This document shows positions 12,713 to 25,022 of a stretch of 64,000 nt of DNA, piece by piece. The notes beneath the pieces are model-generated. The model was not told the origin of the DNA. It searched no databases and saw only the letters and a program-made list of their open reading frames with translations. Numbering within the stretch: the first letter of the stretch is position 1; each line of letters begins with the position of its first letter. The translations under genes and the position numbers were made by a program. Source of the stretch: Eledone cirrhosa (Eukaryota); NCBI GenBank assembly GCA_964016885.1, contig OZ024743.1:277140001-277204000 (forward strand). Reading direction: 5' to 3'.

Positions 12713-14951
12713 CGAAACCCGACTAGTCCCCTCCCACTTCCTTTCAAAACAATGTCTCCGCCTCCCTATTCGTCACCTACCCCCACAAATAAATAACTTA
12801 AATAAACAAACATATAAAACTGAAAAACAAACAAACAAAGAAACTGAGAAGCGAATGTGAGTATGATTTTTTTTGTCTTCCTCTTCACGCCACGCTTCAC
12901 TGCCCACATTCTGTTAAATGTTGTGTCACGAAATTCCATCATTTCACGTGGCTTGCCGACTGTTTAGTGTTTGATAAAGTTGAAGTCAAAAAACGCATTC
13001 TTGTCTCCATGGCATCGAATCGCAGAGCTGTTCATAACACATAGTATTTGACGTGAAAGATAATTTTTCTTGTTTCCTCTGCTCGGCTAGGGTTTTTTTT
13101 TTTAGGTTTTGGTAGGAAGATATAGTTTAGGGCTTAGGATTTGGGTGGTGGTAGTGGTGGTGGTTTATGTTTGCAAACCGCATGGCTGGAGGTTTTAATA
13201 GTAACCATTTGGTATCGGTGGCGGGCGAAGTTATGCACAACATATCATGCATGGCTAAATAGTTAATCCCTCACAATATGTATTATAACCCGGCAAACTA
13301 TTTTTACAATAGGCTTCGAATATTTCTGTGATTATACGAACATGGCTATTGTTTCAGTTTATTGCTGCAATTGTTATCATAGTCGTTGTGGAGGTGGTGA
13401 TGGTGGTGATGGTGGTGGTGGTGGTTGTGGTGGTGGTCGTCGTTTTTCTTGCTGCTGCTGTTGTTGATGATGCTGCTGTTGTTTCACCTCAAATCATATC
13501 TGATCAAGCAAAACAACGGCCAAAGGGAATCCAGCCATGACCATCAAGTCTTTTTGTATAACAAGAAAACATTATTCAACGTCTATCTCCCTTTATTTAC
13601 GACGACGGTAGGATGGGAAATATAAATAACAAAAAAAAACAAAAACAGAAACAAAAAAAATACTCTCCCTCAAATCTCACCCTAACTGCTTATGTAAAGA
13701 ATTACACAATATATTTGCCGACATGAAAATGTGTGATGGTTAAGGCTGAACATCTGAGATCATTAGTTTATTCGATCAGGCATGATCCAACTTCAATATT
13801 CCCACCACAGTACTATTCTCTCACTAATAGCAAAGCCTTGTCAAGCTTTGTACAAGTTTTATCAGAAAAACAAAATGATTGTGGTTCCCATAACATTGTT
13901 TTTTATCATACAATTTCTAGAAGTAACTTGTGGTGCGGGGAGGTATGACCTAGCAGCCATTCATAGAACTAAAACCTTCATCACAGTTACAGCGATGCCA
14001 CAGTTTACAGAGACAAATTGTTACCACAATGTGGTATCCATTTACAGCCAAATAGATTGGGCTAGTTTAAAGTTAATTGTTTTCGCCAGAAACCAAAGAA
14101 GGCGTGTTATTGTATTTGCCTCTGTTATAACTATTGATTAAGCAGAGAATTGTATTGTAGTATTTGGACCAGTCATTTGTGCTTTGAGTTAAAAACCCGA
14201 CGAGAAAATATTTATCTTTCATCCGTTCAGAGTCGATAAAATAAAGTATAAGTCGAGGGCAATGGCTTCGTGGGATTTGTAAAGCATCGTATGAAGTACT
14301 GTGTAGTAATTTATCCGTATCTTTGTATTCTGAGTTTAAATCTTGACCTATTTTGTAGATAGATTTAAAATGTTCAGCATCACCGCGTGGTCGTTCTGTG
14401 GCTGTAACAGATTTCAAGCAGTTTCAAGTATTCATATTCAACACAGGTCCACAGTTTAAGGAGAGTTTACTCTACATTTCCCACTAGTATTAAAAAGCAT
14501 ACACTTAAAATAAAATAACATAATACATAAATCAAAGTATGTCTCATCACATAGCACAGAAGCTTCCATATTTTTTAATGAGCAGGTGTATCTACATTTA
14601 ATTCATCCGTTAATTAGTGGTTTCGTTTTTCAAGATACAAAAGAGCTTTGTATGAGAAGTAGAATGCAAAATGAGATTGTGGCGTTTGTGCTTCTTAAAA
14701 AAGTATTAGGAATATGAATGAAGTGAAGTGGTTCCACGGGGGAAAGAAAATTATGTTGCAAACTTCTAATATATATATATATATGGGTGTTTCTTAAATG
14801 GGGAAGCGTTAGTGTTGAGGTATTCTTTTATTCTAATGTGAAGTGGTCTGGCCTTCTAATTCCAAACGTTTATACCTCACTACGCAATGCTTCAAGTAAA
14901 CTACAATTTCCTCATATGTATATATATATATATATTTAAATATATATATAC

Positions 14952-15007
<56 letters not shown>

Positions 15008-15231
15008 TATTTTCCGTAGTGTTGTAATATGAATATTACACACAGTAGATGGACAGCTCACGTAGAGTTTGCTCGACGGTTCCAGTTGTAGTTTCAAAAG
15101 TAATCCGGAGAAAATAGAAGGATTTAAATGGATACAGTTTAGTTAAAAGGAATTTATTGACACGTGTTTCAATAACAGTTACATAACCTGAAAACAGCTA
15201 CTATCTACAATATATATATATATGGGGGACA

Positions 15232-15282
15232 CCCTGTTCTGATGACACTGTGAACAAGCATGTGAAACTCCAGAGTAATAAG
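15232..15282 (+). ncRNA. Degenerate hammerhead-like motif
   Basis: CTGATGA...GAAA ct-ccag-ag TA core is present, but stems I and II pair weakly. Lies between (TA)n tracts. Confidence 0.4.
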
Positions 15283-15303
15283 ACACACTATTTAGCCGTA
15301 ACA

Positions 15304-15372
<69 letters not shown>

Positions 15373-15528
15373 ATCGGAGAAAGCTTTTTAGCGATACTCC
15401 GGCCAAATTACAACTCACTCAACAAACATTAGGAAATAAGTAATTATATTCCCAATTATGTGTTCGGGGTGCTAACTAAAAGTATTGCGTGGAAAATTGG
15501 GTGTATTATTTCAAATGAGACATATCTA

Positions 15529-15583
<55 letters not shown>

Positions 15584-15618
15584 CGTGTATGTATGTATAT
15601 ATATATATATATATATAA

Positions 15619-15765
<147 letters not shown>

Positions 15766-15952
15766 TATATATATTTATATATATATACATGCACATTCAA
15801 AGAAAGGGGTAGAGAAAGAGTTATAAGAAAAGATAGAAGCTGCAGTTTAAATATGCCACGTTTTAGTTTAGCTGAAGACTAACTGTACATTCCATCATAA
15901 GTGATATTTCCTGTAGGATCTCACAAGAAGCACAGAAAAAACTAACATGTGT

Positions 15953-15999
<47 letters not shown>

Positions 16000-16013
16000 T
16001 ATATATGTGTGTG

Positions 16014-16050
<37 letters not shown>

Positions 16051-16148
16051 GTATATATATATACATATATATGTATAGATACACATATACACATATATAT
16101 ATGTATATATATATATATGTATTTATATATATATATATATACATACAT

Positions 16149-16356
<208 letters not shown>

Positions 16357-16762
16357 GTATATGTATGTGCGTGTATGTAAGCACATGTGTGGGTGCTCGT
16401 GCGAGCGTGCATGCGATGGTTAAGATTCCTTGAGTGCTAGATGTGAGATGAAGGGATGTTCTGGTCTTTGTAAACAGTTACTAATGCAATATGTTGTGGA
16501 ATTATCGCAACATCATTAAAGGATGCAGTCAAAAACCATTCCGCGGTCTGTTTAGATTTAGAATACTGCTTCTGTCAGATATGCTGTCATTTTGACTGTC
16601 TTGGCAGTTTGAGCAGCTAGTACGTTCTCCGTCAATCACTATGTATGTATGTATGTATGTATGTATGTATGTATGTATGTATGTATGTATGTATGTATGT
16701 ATGTATGTATGTATGTATGTATGCATGCATGCATGTATGTATGTATGTATGTATGTATGTAT

Positions 16763-17010
16763 GTTTTCTCTTTCTCTTAATTTCGAGTATATTTTTTTGA
16801 CCGGCCACCTTCCTGGTGGCAAGGTTGTAAAAGAAAAGAAATTGTCATCCCTTGAATCGCAAGAATGTTTTGCATATTTTGAAGGTGCCAGCTATCGCAG
16901 CCATTTGTAGACTATGAATTAGGGAGCTGCGCTTTTTGTCCGCAAAACCAAGTTCGGTCATACTTTGGTCCAAGCGGGTTGGTATATAACCCGTAGCACC
17001 AATAATGATG
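16763..17010 (-). mobile_element. 3' fragment of the R4/Dong-like retrotransposon inside (TATG)n
   Basis: Encodes IIIGATGYIPTRLDQSMTELGF...LQMAAIAGTFKICKTFLRFKG*. Long (TATG)n on both sides. Confidence 0.85.
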
Positions 17011-17149
17011 TGTATGTATGTATGTATGTATGTATGTATGTATGTATGTATGTATGTATGTATGTATGTATGTATGTATGTATGTATGTATGCATGCATG
17101 TATGTATGTATCTATGTATGTATGTATGTATGTATGTATGTATGTATGA

Positions 17150-17238
17150 TGGTTGTTTATATATTGTCAAAGTTCTTTCGTCACACATTCTGTGACCTCT
17201 TCAGTGACTATATATATATAAGCAGATATTGCTCCATG
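17150..17238 (-). repeat. Inverted copy of 17683-17771 containing an intact PLE hammerhead (17166-17208)
   Basis: Reverse complement of catggagcaatatctgct(ta)n gtcactgaagaggtcacagaatgtgtgacgaaagaactttgac...caacca. Confidence 0.9.
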
Positions 17239-17528
17239 TGTGTATGCATGTATGTTTATTTATGGATGTATATATATATATATATGCGTGTGTGAGTGTG
17301 TATTTATATATATATGCGTGTGTGTTTGTATGTATATAAGTGTATATATATCCATAAATATACATACATGCATACACATGTATGTATGTATATATATATA
17401 TATATATATAAATCCATAAAAATACATACATGTATTTCATGCTATTTTTAACGTATTTGCATTTTCTTAACGAAAATCTCATTAGTGAATTCTACTTCGT
17501 GGTGAAGAGTTGAATTCCACTACTATAC

Positions 17529-17640
17529 GCTTTCTGATGAAGCGTAATAAATAATTAAGTATTGTATATGATTGAACAATATATATGGTAGCCAGCATAT
17601 GTAGACAATTTATAATAGATACAGAAACATATGTTAAAGC
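17529..17640 (+). ncRNA. Hammerhead-like motif with an approximately 80-nt stem II region, in a second pLTR-like segment (17411-17695)
   Basis: gcttt CTGATGA ...83 nt... GAAA cat-atg TT aaagc. Stem I gcttt/aaagc is perfect and stem III is palindromic (acatatgt). Followed by aataaa and a catg...caatat end like the main pLTR. Confidence 0.55.
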
Positions 17641-17712
17641 AAATAAATTCATCCCCTCACGCCGACGTTTTATATTATTTTTCATGGAGCAATATCTGCT
17701 TATATATATATA

Positions 17713-17755
17713 GTCACTGAAGAGGTCACAGAATGTGTGACGAAAGAACTTTGAC
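17713..17755 (+). ncRNA. Minimal type I hammerhead ribozyme in the 5' pLTR
   Basis: gtca CTGAAGA g-gtcaca-gaatg-tgtgac GAAA g-aa-c TT tgac. Stem I gtca/tgac, stem II gtcaca/tgtgac. Confidence 0.85.
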
Positions 17756-17883
17756 AATATATAAACAACCAGCTCGTTGTGGAACCAACCAACCAACCGG
17801 AAATTTATAAATTCCTAAATTTATAAATTTATTATAATAAATTGAAGTTAAAGCAATTAGTGCGTGTGTTTATTATTGGCAAC

Positions 17884-20800
17884 ATGACCCTCCCAAAGTA
17901 TAACAATATCGGTTTCAACACACGTTTTCAGATAAAGAATCTTGCTAAACAAATTCTGAAACGAAATATCGTAAGCCTTAGCCAGGCTAACAAGATACTG
18001 AAAACCACCATGTTCTGTTGTCTACGAAAAACAATAACATCTCGACAACTACACTTCATAAAAGAATGTGCCTCGTCCCGAGTTTACACCAACACCATCA
18101 ACACCGATGTAAGAAGATTACAGCTCACCAAAAAGCAAGCAGATTGGCTAAAACGAACACTAATTCTAAACATAAAAAAGAAGATCTATAGAGAATTAAG
18201 TCATCAAGAAAAACATAAGCGTAACCTAATACAAGATTTAACTAAGATCACCACACCAAGAGAAAAACTAATATTTATAAACCTTATACGTCCTGAAGAA
18301 CAGTATATTGTTCAAGAATGCGACAAGCACTTTAACAAGAAACTAAAGTGGCTTAAACAGATAAAACTAAATCAAGATACTTTAGAGAATATCAATAGAT
18401 ATCCTGACAAGATTGATGGTATAAACATGGCCGACATCTAATTAACAGATGAATTCAACAACAACAACACAAATATATACGGCAACACTACGGTCGACTC
18501 TGATGATTATCTGTATTACAACTGCCGCCTAAGTATGCCACATTTAATAAGGTAAATATGATTAGATGTTTGTCAGAAATAGAAAAATCATTTACAAAAT
18601 TACGTTGGAGCCTCAAAAACAAAAGTAGCAACATACGCACACACATATACAACACACATCCCAACAACAACAGACACAAACAACAATAACAACAACACAC
18701 ACATCAACAATAATAACATACTCAGAAACAACAACAACAGACACGCAGACACAAACAACAATAACAACAATAATAACATACACGGAGACAACAACAACAC
18801 ACATCATCAACAGCACACATCAACAACAGCAACAACAACAACACACACACATTCAATGCCTCTCACCACCACCACAATCTTAACAAACACACAGACACAG
18901 AAAACAGGTAATGGCAGTAGCACAGAAATAAGGGAAGGTAATAGGATTGAAAGGAGAAGGGAGACTATGGACAGAGAAAATAACTAAGACGAACACACAG
19001 ACACACAAAATAGAGTAGATAATAACAATGAGCCAGAGGAAAGAGACAGGAGTAGTAATGAGAGACATAGAAACAACCACGAGGCTGTTGGTGGAAATAG
19101 AAATAGAAACAACACAACTAACAATAACAATAGCACTAGTACACATAAAGCAGCAGCCTGGAACTCTACTTTTTATAATACCTCCGATAAGTCGTTCGAC
19201 CTGCGACGAGTCCACGCCTTGACTTTAGCTTTTAACAAACGCACGCAATTGCCGTCGCAGGTCGATGAACAAACTGAAGCACAATTTAGTATAGCTAGAT
19301 CTAAACTTAGAAATATTATAGAACAGTATAGCAAGAAGCATAATAGAATGGAGGCCCAGCAACTGGGAGAAAAATCTGCAAATGGCTTGCGTAAGCTCAT
19401 GCAGCGCTCGCGTAATGGAGAGATAGCATGCTTTCCAACAGACAAGTCTGGCAGAATGTCGGTTGACAGTCTGCCAAACTACATCCAGGCAATGCAACCC
19501 CACATCACTAACACAAGAGAAGTAACACCACAAGAGCATGAGGATAGAGAAAAAGCCCTCAATGCCCATATGGTGATGTGGACAAATATAATGCAGCCCA
19601 ACAAAAGGACTGCCAACAACTTACAGGCCTGGAACAATGACGTGCCAGCGTTGTATGGGCTTCGAAAAGACCATAAAACGAGCAGTGACCCTGTCACTGG
19701 ACCACCAAAACGGCCAGTCTGTGGAGCTAACATTGCTAGTAACTACAGACTGCCCTATTTCCTCTCCTTGATCATACGCCCCATCATTGAAATGTCCTCA
19801 GATGTATGTGACAGCACGGAGGACCTCATCAGCAGAATGGGCGAGAGTAACCGATCTAGGGACCTAAAAAACTGCATAATAGGTAGTATGGATGTTGTGT
19901 CCCTGTATCCATCTATTGACGTGGATTTTGCTGTGGAGAAATGCGTAGAAATGATCAGTGTGAGCAATGTTGAGTTCCGTGGGATTGATACCAGTGAGCT
20001 GGGACTCCTACTTAAACTTCCTATAGTAATAATTATCTAGACACATATGACCTTAGCAACCTGTGCCCTACAAGACCAGCAAGAGGCAGACCACCTACCA
20101 TTACCTCAATGGCCAAGAAAACCCCCACAGATAGATGGAACGGGTGGACCAGAGTCATACGGACCCCCGAAAATCACGATGAACTAAAGAAAATGATTGC
20201 ACATGCGGTGGGGGCCAGCATAAAATTTACCCTTAAGCAACATATGTTCAAATTTAATGGAAAAACATATGCCCAAGAGGAGGGAGCAGCCATTGGTGTT
20301 AGCGCATTGCAGGCGACATAGCTAACTTATTCATGGTATGGTGGGACAGTAGACTTAAACTTAAACTTAAAGAACAATTAGAAGACCCCTTAACCCTAAT
20401 AATGTACTCCCGCTACGTTGATGATATAAACATCGTAGTTAAAACACCCCCACTAGAGAACAGTCAGGAATTAGAGAAAAACACAATGGAAAGCATCCAG
20501 CAAATAGCTAACTCCATCCACCAGAGTATTAGAGTTACTATAGACTACCTAAGCAAACACCCCAACCATCGATTACCTGTACTAGACACAGAGCTCTGGT
20601 TAGATACCATTAATAACAAAAAAACAAATCCTCCATTCCCATTATGCCAAACCCATGACTTCCAAATATCTGATCCACCGAAACTCAGCTGTTTCGGACC
20701 ATTCCAAAATCAACATACTGATTGCGGATTTGGTACGATGAGAAACGTGTCCCGCATGTGCAACCCCGAAGAACTAGAGAGACACACACAACACTTCATC

Positions 20801-21548
20801 CACCGTATGCAGTTCTCTGGTTACAATCAGAGAGATAAAATCAGAGTGTATAGAGGAGCCAGAACCAAATGGGAAAAATGGTAAATAATGACACAAATGG
20901 GACCTGCCCCTTGTATAGGAGCAAATTTTGGAATAGAATAGAAAGAGCTAGGAATAAGGCTAATAGAATAAACTCATGGTATGATTGCAATAAATACCAG
21001 AGTGTAATGTTCATCGATACAACCCCTAGAGGTGAATTAGCTTACAAATTTAGAAGGGCCCTAGATAAACATAAACTCAATATTAAGATAGTAGAAAGAC
21101 CAGGTACCTCCATAAAAACAGTTATTAGCAAGACATACCCTTTTCAAAGACCCCCCCCCCCCCCTGTATATATAAGAAATGTATAACCTGTGAATTAAGC
21201 CCCCATATTTACTGTAAAACTAGAAATGTAGTATATAGCATAAAATGTACTGAAGGACAATGTAGAGATAAAAATATAGTGTACATAGGTGAGACAGCTC
21301 GTAGTGTAGGCGAACGGATAAATGAACACTGGCGAGACCTTCAAGATAGTAAAGAATCATCTGTACTCTACCAACATGCTAAAATAGAACATAAGGGTAA
21401 ATTAGAGAACATAGAAATAAAAATAGAATCTACACACAGAAAAGACGCAATGTTTAGACAAATCACAGAGGCAATAAACATAAAAGAATTACAACCAAAA
21501 TAAAATAGAAAACATGAGTGGAACAGCAACATCACAACTTACAATTAA
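17884..21548 (+). pseudogene. PLE ORF (RT + GIY-YIG endonuclease) disrupted by frameshifts and stops
   Basis: Pieces 17842-18441, 19219-20040, 20109-20321, 20333-20884, 20869-21186 and 21279-21503. The ATG at 17884 lies inside the pLTR. Confidence 0.88.
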
Positions 21549-21748
21549 GGACAAAATGAAAACACACACACACATAGAACAAACAACCAACCAATAACAT
21601 GTAAATAAACAAATAAATAAACGAATATAAACACACACAGACACCCGGATGTGGCGCATGCGCAGACTGAGCACACAACACACACACAGAAACAAGATGG
21701 CGTAGGACAGAAAAAAGGAGAGGCACAAAAACAAAGAAAAGAATCCCC

Positions 21749-21946
21749 AGTCACTGAAAAGGTCACAGAATGTGTGACGAAAGAACTTTGACAATATATA
21801 AACAACCATCTCGTTGTGGAACCAACCAACCAACCGGAAATTTATAAATTCCTAAATTTATAAATTTATTATAATAAATTGAAGTGAAAGCAACTGGTGC
21901 GTGTGTTTCTTATTGGCAACATGACCCTCCCAAAGTATAACAATAT
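21749..21946 (+). repeat. 3' pLTR of the PLE, with the hammerhead core mutated (CTGAAAA)
   Basis: Near-identical to 17712-17909 and runs into (TA)n after aacaatat. Confidence 0.92.
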
Positions 21947-21962
21947 ATATATATATATATAT

Positions 21963-22090
21963 ATCAGAAAGCGTATAGTAGTGGAATTCAACTGTTCACC
22001 ACGAAGTAGAATTCAGTAATGAGATTTTCGTTAAGAAAATGTAAATACGTTAAAAATAGCATGAAATACATGTATGTATATTTATGGATT
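21963..22090 (-). repeat. Inverted copy of 17411-17538
   Basis: atcagaaagcgtatagtagtggaattcaac...tttatggatt is the reverse complement of aatccataaa...tatacgctttctgat, with a few mismatches. Confidence 0.9.
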
Positions 22091-22264
22091 TATATATATA
22101 TACACATATATATATCACATGTGCGTGTAGTTATCTCTACCTGGAGTTGCGACCGATAGATAGTATTAGCAATTGGAAAGACCAATGGAAGCATTGTATC
22201 CTCGGTCCGAATGTTTGTTTATGTATATTCTATGTAAATATATCTCTTCACTTCATCTTTCTCG

Positions 22265-22448
<184 letters not shown>

Positions 22449-22480
22449 TTTTATATATATGTGTTTGCCCATGTTTTATA

Positions 22481-22556
22481 TTGCCTCGTCTGACGAACGA
22501 ATGAAGTCGTTTATTTCGTATTCGCCTCATTCGGGAAACCTCTGGTAATGAGGTAA
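22481..22556 (+). ncRNA. Complete type I hammerhead ribozyme motif
   Basis: ttgcctcgt CTGACGA a-cgaatga...tcattcg-g GAAA cc-tct-gg TA atgaggtaa. Stem I is 9 bp, stem II 7 bp, stem III acc/ggt, GUA triplet. Confidence 0.85.
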
Positions 22557-22657
22557 TTATATTGTATTGATTTTTATACATTAAATTTTGCTCTGATACT
22601 TACATAGAGCACTCTTCATTTCTATGACCTTTTCTGTTTCCAACGGAAATTTCAATA

Positions 22658-22723
<66 letters not shown>

Positions 22724-22802
22724 GCCACTTTGACGAGCAAAGAAAGGAAAAGAAAAAGAAAAACAGACCCTTAAATATATTTTCAGTGCTATTTCCAATC
22801 TT

Positions 22803-22914
<112 letters not shown>

Positions 22915-23002
22915 GAAGTTATATTTAATTTGTTGGGATTCTAAAAAACTTAAAAGTTTATAACTGATATAGAGCACTCAACAAGACACTGGAGTAAATA
23001 TT

Positions 23003-23278
23003 CAATATATTAATAAATGGAAACTATATTTATAAAACCATAATTATTTTATTATATATATTTCAAGGACAACCTAGGCAGTCTTGGTGCGCTTTCATCA
23101 GATAAAATATGTGAATTCTCAACCGTCAAGGTTTTTTTCCACGGTTATGTCACTATTTATGAAACAAATTTTGTATTTTATCTGATGAAAGTGCACCAAG
23201 GCTGCCTTGGTTGCCCTTGAAATATATATAATAAAATAATTATGGTTTTATAAATATAGTTTCCTTTTATTAATATAT

Positions 23279-23280
<2 letters not shown>
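23003..23280. repeat. Long inverted repeat (arms of about 107 bp), each arm carrying a hammerhead-like motif
   Basis: Arms at 23003-23109 and 23174-23280. Plus arm: CTGATGA aag-tgcaccaagg-ctg-ccttggttgcc-ctt GAAA tatatata ataaaat. Confidence 0.85.
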
Positions 23281-23373
<93 letters not shown>

Positions 23374-23524
23374 CAATATATATATATATATAATACAATA
23401 TATATATATAATACAATATATATATATATATATACATTCGATTAACGAACATCACTGTTTGTCTGTTCCCTTTGTCACTTCAATGTTGCATTACCTCCTT
23501 GATTGTAACTTTATTATGTAAGAC

Positions 23525-23603
23525 GCTGTCTGAAGAGCGCATGACACTAGCTTCTACGCTGTATTGCGTAACCAATTGTCATCCTCGAAATATGTATATC
23601 GGC
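23525..23603 (+). ncRNA. Hammerhead ribozyme motif with extended stem II
   Basis: gctgt CTGAAGA gcgc-atgaca...tgtcat-cctc GAAA ta-tg-ta TA tcggc, followed by aataaa. Confidence 0.65.
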
Positions 23604-23730
23604 CTTATAAATAAAGGACTTTAGCATCTAAACTTTGTATTTCCTTAATCTAAAAATACTCCGTCACTCCTGTGAGGGTGAGGAAAATATGCATGTTCAG
23701 TTCTTGAATTGAATTACACCAATATTTTTG

Positions 23731-23786
<56 letters not shown>

Positions 23787-23925
23787 ATGCATATATATAT
23801 ATGCGTGTTTGTGTGTGTATATGTATGTATGGGCACCGGTGTGTGAACGAATAAGGGCGCTTGTTCTCTATATCAGACTGGTACGATGAATTTTTGTTGT
23901 CCATGTTCCTTATAATCGTCTCCCC

Positions 23926-23993
<68 letters not shown>

Positions 23994-24096
23994 CTCTTTC
24001 TTATCCTCTCTCTTATCCGTTGGTATATTTTCTATTAGCCTCTTTCACTTATTTTCTGCATACCTACATACACGCACATACACACAGACACACACA

Positions 24097-24186
<90 letters not shown>

Positions 24187-24516
24187 GACGCACCAGTTAG
24201 TTTCTTCTTTCTTCCATTTCTATATCTATCAATCTGTCAGTGTATCTCTTTACTATTTCACCGTTGTCTATGCCATAATCTTTTCATCTTTCTGCACCGT
24301 CTTATACATTTCCACCATCTTGCCCACCACCTTACTAGTAACCTCGTTCTTGATCTACCTCTCATTATCTCTCCTACTATCATCCCTTCCACTCTACCAC
24401 TTATTTCCACCGTCACATGCCTTGTATCTAATTCACCGTAATTTTCAACGCTTTTGTAATGCACACATTTCATTCCTGTTTTTAGACACCAAGACGTACA
24501 CCAGACAAATGTTCGC

Positions 24517-24581
<65 letters not shown>

Positions 24582-24656
24582 GAAGGAAATGTGGTAAGGA
24601 TCCAGATAGACCATAACGCACAAAAGTACTCAATACTTAGGGTAGTAGAGTGGGTA

Positions 24657-25006
<350 letters not shown>

Positions 25007-25022
25007 CTATCTATCTATTTAT

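Larger units (their letters stand above)
17712..21946 (+). mobile_element. Penelope-like retroelement (Naiad-like), near full length, with direct pLTRs, inserted in (TA)n
   Basis: 198-bp direct repeats at 17712-17909 and 21749-21946. RT motifs DKSG, LYGLRKDHK, RPVCGA, SMDVVSLYPSI and YVDD; CxxxxCxxC linker; GIY-YIG motif VVYSIKC...YIGETARSVGERINEH. Confidence 0.93.

Noticed and set aside
13085-13145. Telomere-like TTAGGG sequence
   Set aside because: Only one or two imperfect units in a GT-rich context.
17884-21548. Selenocysteine recoding, as reported for some Naiad elements
   Set aside because: The interruptions I can read are frameshifts or TAA/TAG stops rather than in-frame TGA at Cys positions, and I could not identify a SECIS element.
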